Source: Staphylococcus nepalensis
GTDB taxonomy: Bacteria > Bacillota > Bacilli > Staphylococcales > Staphylococcaceae
Direction: 5' to 3'
DNA length: 24,000 nucleotides
Assembly: GCF_014635045.1 (NCBI RefSeq)
Contig: NZ_BMCF01000007.1
Coordinates: forward strand, 11,776 to 35,775
Positions 21,952-24,000 of the stretch are shown in pieces; position 1 is the stretch's first letter, and every line of letters begins with the position of its first letter. The notes beneath the pieces were generated by a model. The model was given only the letters and a program-made list of their open reading frames with translations. It was not told the origin of the DNA and made no database searches. The position numbers were made by a program, and so were the translations under genes.

Positions 21952-23451
21952 TTATTTAGTATACCCTATATCTTGAAATAGTTTATTATAGTTTTCTACA
22001 GCTTTTTTATGACTTAGTTCTGATCTGGTCTCAACGTGGTCAAATGGCTCTTCTACAGTTTTCACCATATATTCTGTAAAGGCGGTAATATCGTCCGGTT
22101 CAACTAGATAACCATTTTCCCCATGTTTAATAATTTCTGACGGCCCATACCTCACATCATAAGAAATTACTGGACAGCCAACTTCAATACTCTCCATTAC
22201 AGTTAACCCAAACCCTTCAAATTTGCTTGTTAACAATGCAGCTTTTGATTTTTGGAACTCTTTTAAAGGCGTATTTGTATATTCATTAATCTCTACTTTA
22301 TCTTGAATACCAAATTGCTCGATTAAGTCTAACAATGCTTCTTTCTGACCGTCTTCATCTTTTCCAAATATTGCTAATTTCATATCATATCCATTGTCTA
22401 AAAACTGTTTATATGCCTTAATTAAATGATCTATTTGTTTAGCTTTACCTAACCGTCCTAAATAGATAAATCTATTTAATTGCTCAATATCATTATCGCG
22501 CGGATAGGGCTCCATGGAATGGGGTATAATTGCAAAACGATGCTGATCAATCGCTGTTTCTTTTTGGATATCATAGGTTTGCTTATGTGTTAATATAATA
22601 TACTTTTCAACTTTGTCAGAGTGTTCTAGTGCAAATCTATAAGAACCTTTGATTTTTTCTCCATTTAGATGACTACTATGAAATACTAGAATATTTTTCG
22701 TAGCATTGGATTGCGTTAATAATGGTTTATCTAATAATCTTGCATCATTAAATACGATGTCGTTATCATTAAAACGTTGTCCAAAATAATATTTAAATAA
22801 ATCCCTCTCATTACTAAAAGCTAAATAAGGTCTGCTATTGTTGTATATTTGTATATAGTCTAACGTGTTATCTTTATCATTTTTAAAAAACTTTTTACAA
22901 TATACATTTTCCTGTGTGTCAAAATATACTTCGTATGATTTTGCAAACGGGTTATGTATATAATAGATTTTTCGATGTAATTGACCAAACATATTATATT
23001 CCCAGCGTTCTAATCTTTTTTCACTAATTGGCGACATAAAATCTTCAAATTGTAGAACATCACTAGACTGATAATATTTGCGATAAAGTACAAATTGATT
23101 TTCATTAAAATAGCGTATGACGCTTCCATTTTTTGACGGTTTATCCGTTAAACCTTTGATTTTACGATTTGTCGTTTGATATTTTGGTTGATTTTTAAAT
23201 TTCTTTTTAGGTGTCTCTAATAGTTTAAAACCACTCAACCAATCATATAAATTTTCAAACTCTGTATTTTTGGTTACTTTTCCCTCATTAATGAATTTTT
23301 CATATACTGAAGGATAATTTGCGTTATAGTTCGTCGTAAAAATTTTATTGGTTATACCTAATTCCGTATCCATTAATTTAATACGGCTTAACAACGCTTT
23401 CGTTCTACCACCATGTACTGGCGGCAATGTACTTGTCACTGTATAAATCAT
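21952..23451 (-). CDS. GT4 (GT-B fold) glycosyltransferase, TarM/TagE-like (putative teichoic-acid glycosyltransferase)
   Basis: 499 aa. The C-terminal catalytic half carries the EX7E motif (EGFGLTVME) and LTSKFEGFGLTVMESIEVGCPVISYDVRYGPSEII..NGYLVE. This parallels S. aureus TarM as recalled (STSQYEGQGLSMIEAM....VVAFDIKYGPSDFI..NGYLIE). The long N-terminal half is comparable in size to TarM. SD GAGGGA. Confidence 0.8.
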   Translation of the reverse strand: MIYTVTSTLPPVHGGRTKALLSRIKLMDTELGITNKIFTTNYNANYPSVYEKFINEGKVTKNTEFENLYDWLSGFKLLETPKKKFKNQPKYQTTNRKIKGLTDKPSKNGSVIRYFNENQFVLYRKYYQSSDVLQFEDFMSPISEKRLERWEYNMFGQLHRKIYYIHNPFAKSYEVYFDTQENVYCKKFFKNDKDNTLDYIQIYNNSRPYLAFSNERDLFKYYFGQRFNDNDIVFNDARLLDKPLLTQSNATKNILVFHSSHLNGEKIKGSYRFALEHSDKVEKYIILTHKQTYDIQKETAIDQHRFAIIPHSMEPYPRDNDIEQLNRFIYLGRLGKAKQIDHLIKAYKQFLDNGYDMKLAIFGKDEDGQKEALLDLIEQFGIQDKVEINEYTNTPLKEFQKSKAALLTSKFEGFGLTVMESIEVGCPVISYDVRYGPSEIIKHGENGYLVEPDDITAFTEYMVKTVEEPFDHVETRSELSHKKAVENYNKLFQDIGYTK

Positions 23452-23607
23452 GCTTTTCCCTCATTTTCATCCCTATTATTTATTACTTTATACTATCATT
23501 TTACATTTTTTAATACGACAATATCAGAAAAGTGTTTTCTTTTAATCGATAGTAATTACTAACCAAAATAATTGAGTTTAATATGTTTATACTGTATTAA
23601 AATGCTT

Positions 23608-24000
23608 TTATTTAGTATAGCCGATGTCTTGAAAAAGCTTTGTATAATTTTGAATCGCTCTATCATGGCCTAGTTCTGGTCTTGTGTGTACATGAGTGAG
23701 TGGATTATCTATTATCTTAGCCATATAATCTGCAAATGCTTTAATGTTATTAGGTTCAACCAAGAATCCGTTTTTATTATGATCGATAATCTCTGAGGGC
23801 CCATACCTAACATCATAAGAAATTACTGGACAACCAACTTCAATACTCTCCATTACAGTTAATCCAAAACCTTCAAATTTGCTTGTTAAAAGTGAGGCTT
23901 TTGATTTTTGAAACTCAATTAAAGGGTTATTTGTGTATTCATTAATATCTACTTTGTCTTGAATACCAAATTGTTCGATTAAATCTAACATTTTCTTTTT
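23608..24000 (-). CDS. GT4 glycosyltransferase paralogue, C-terminal part (5' end beyond window)
   Basis: The frame stays open to base 24000 (KKK precedes the listed Met), so the Met at 23991 is internal. The 127 listed residues align without gaps to the C-terminus of the downstream gene. The two stop codons are exactly 1656 bp apart. Confidence 0.85.
   Translation of the reverse strand, partial: KKKMLDLIEQFGIQDKVDINEYTNNPLIEFQKSKASLLTSKFEGFGLTVMESIEVGCPVISYDVRYGPSEIIDHNKNGFLVEPNNIKAFADYMAKIIDNPLTHVHTRPELGHDRAIQNYTKLFQDIGYTK

Noticed and set aside
21952-24000. Recent gene conversion or very recent duplication between the two glycosyltransferase copies
   Set aside because: Within the best-conserved ~119-nt block I count about nine substitutions, almost all synonymous, and the flanking sequence is much more diverged. 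That fits an older duplication with purifying selection on the catalytic motif, not a homogenised tract.

Overview
AT-rich Firmicute chromosomal segment. The gene content and the divergent lacR / lacP-lacH arrangement point to a coagulase-negative Staphylococcus of the xylosus/saprophyticus group; this rests on my recollection of the S. xylosus lac locus, not on a search. I support 18 protein-coding genes, two of them cut by the window edges. In order: an MFS transporter 3' end; a membrane-anchored poly-gamma-glutamate-hydrolase-family protein; the lactose module lacH (GH2 beta-galactosidase), lacP (MelB-like GPH symporter) and divergent lacR (AraC family); a short flavin amine-oxidase-family protein convergent with an OsmC-family peroxiredoxin; a short YhgE/Pip membrane protein divergent from a TetR regulator; a complete beta-glucoside module (LicT/BglG antiterminator, sigma-A promoter, RAT/terminator switch, PTS EIIBCA, two tandem GH1 6-phospho-beta-glucosidases); cytosine deaminase; an apparent two-gene operon of a VanY-like M15 lipoprotein and an S11 serine DD-carboxypeptidase; and two tandem TarM/TagE-like GT4 glycosyltransferase paralogues. 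Several ORF-track starts are over-extended, and I re-called them from the Shine-Dalgarno context. I saw no rRNA, tRNA, CRISPR array, IS element or transposase, integrase or prophage boundary. I did not find a convincing, wholly new multi-gene system. The items most worth follow-up are the duplicated wall-glycosylation transferases, the dual DD-carboxypeptidase operon, the YhgE/Pip-TetR pair, the anchored PghP-like hydrolase, and two roughly 400-480 bp gene-free spacers (11389-11868 and 19317-19714). All functional calls come from motif recognition by eye; no database search was possible.
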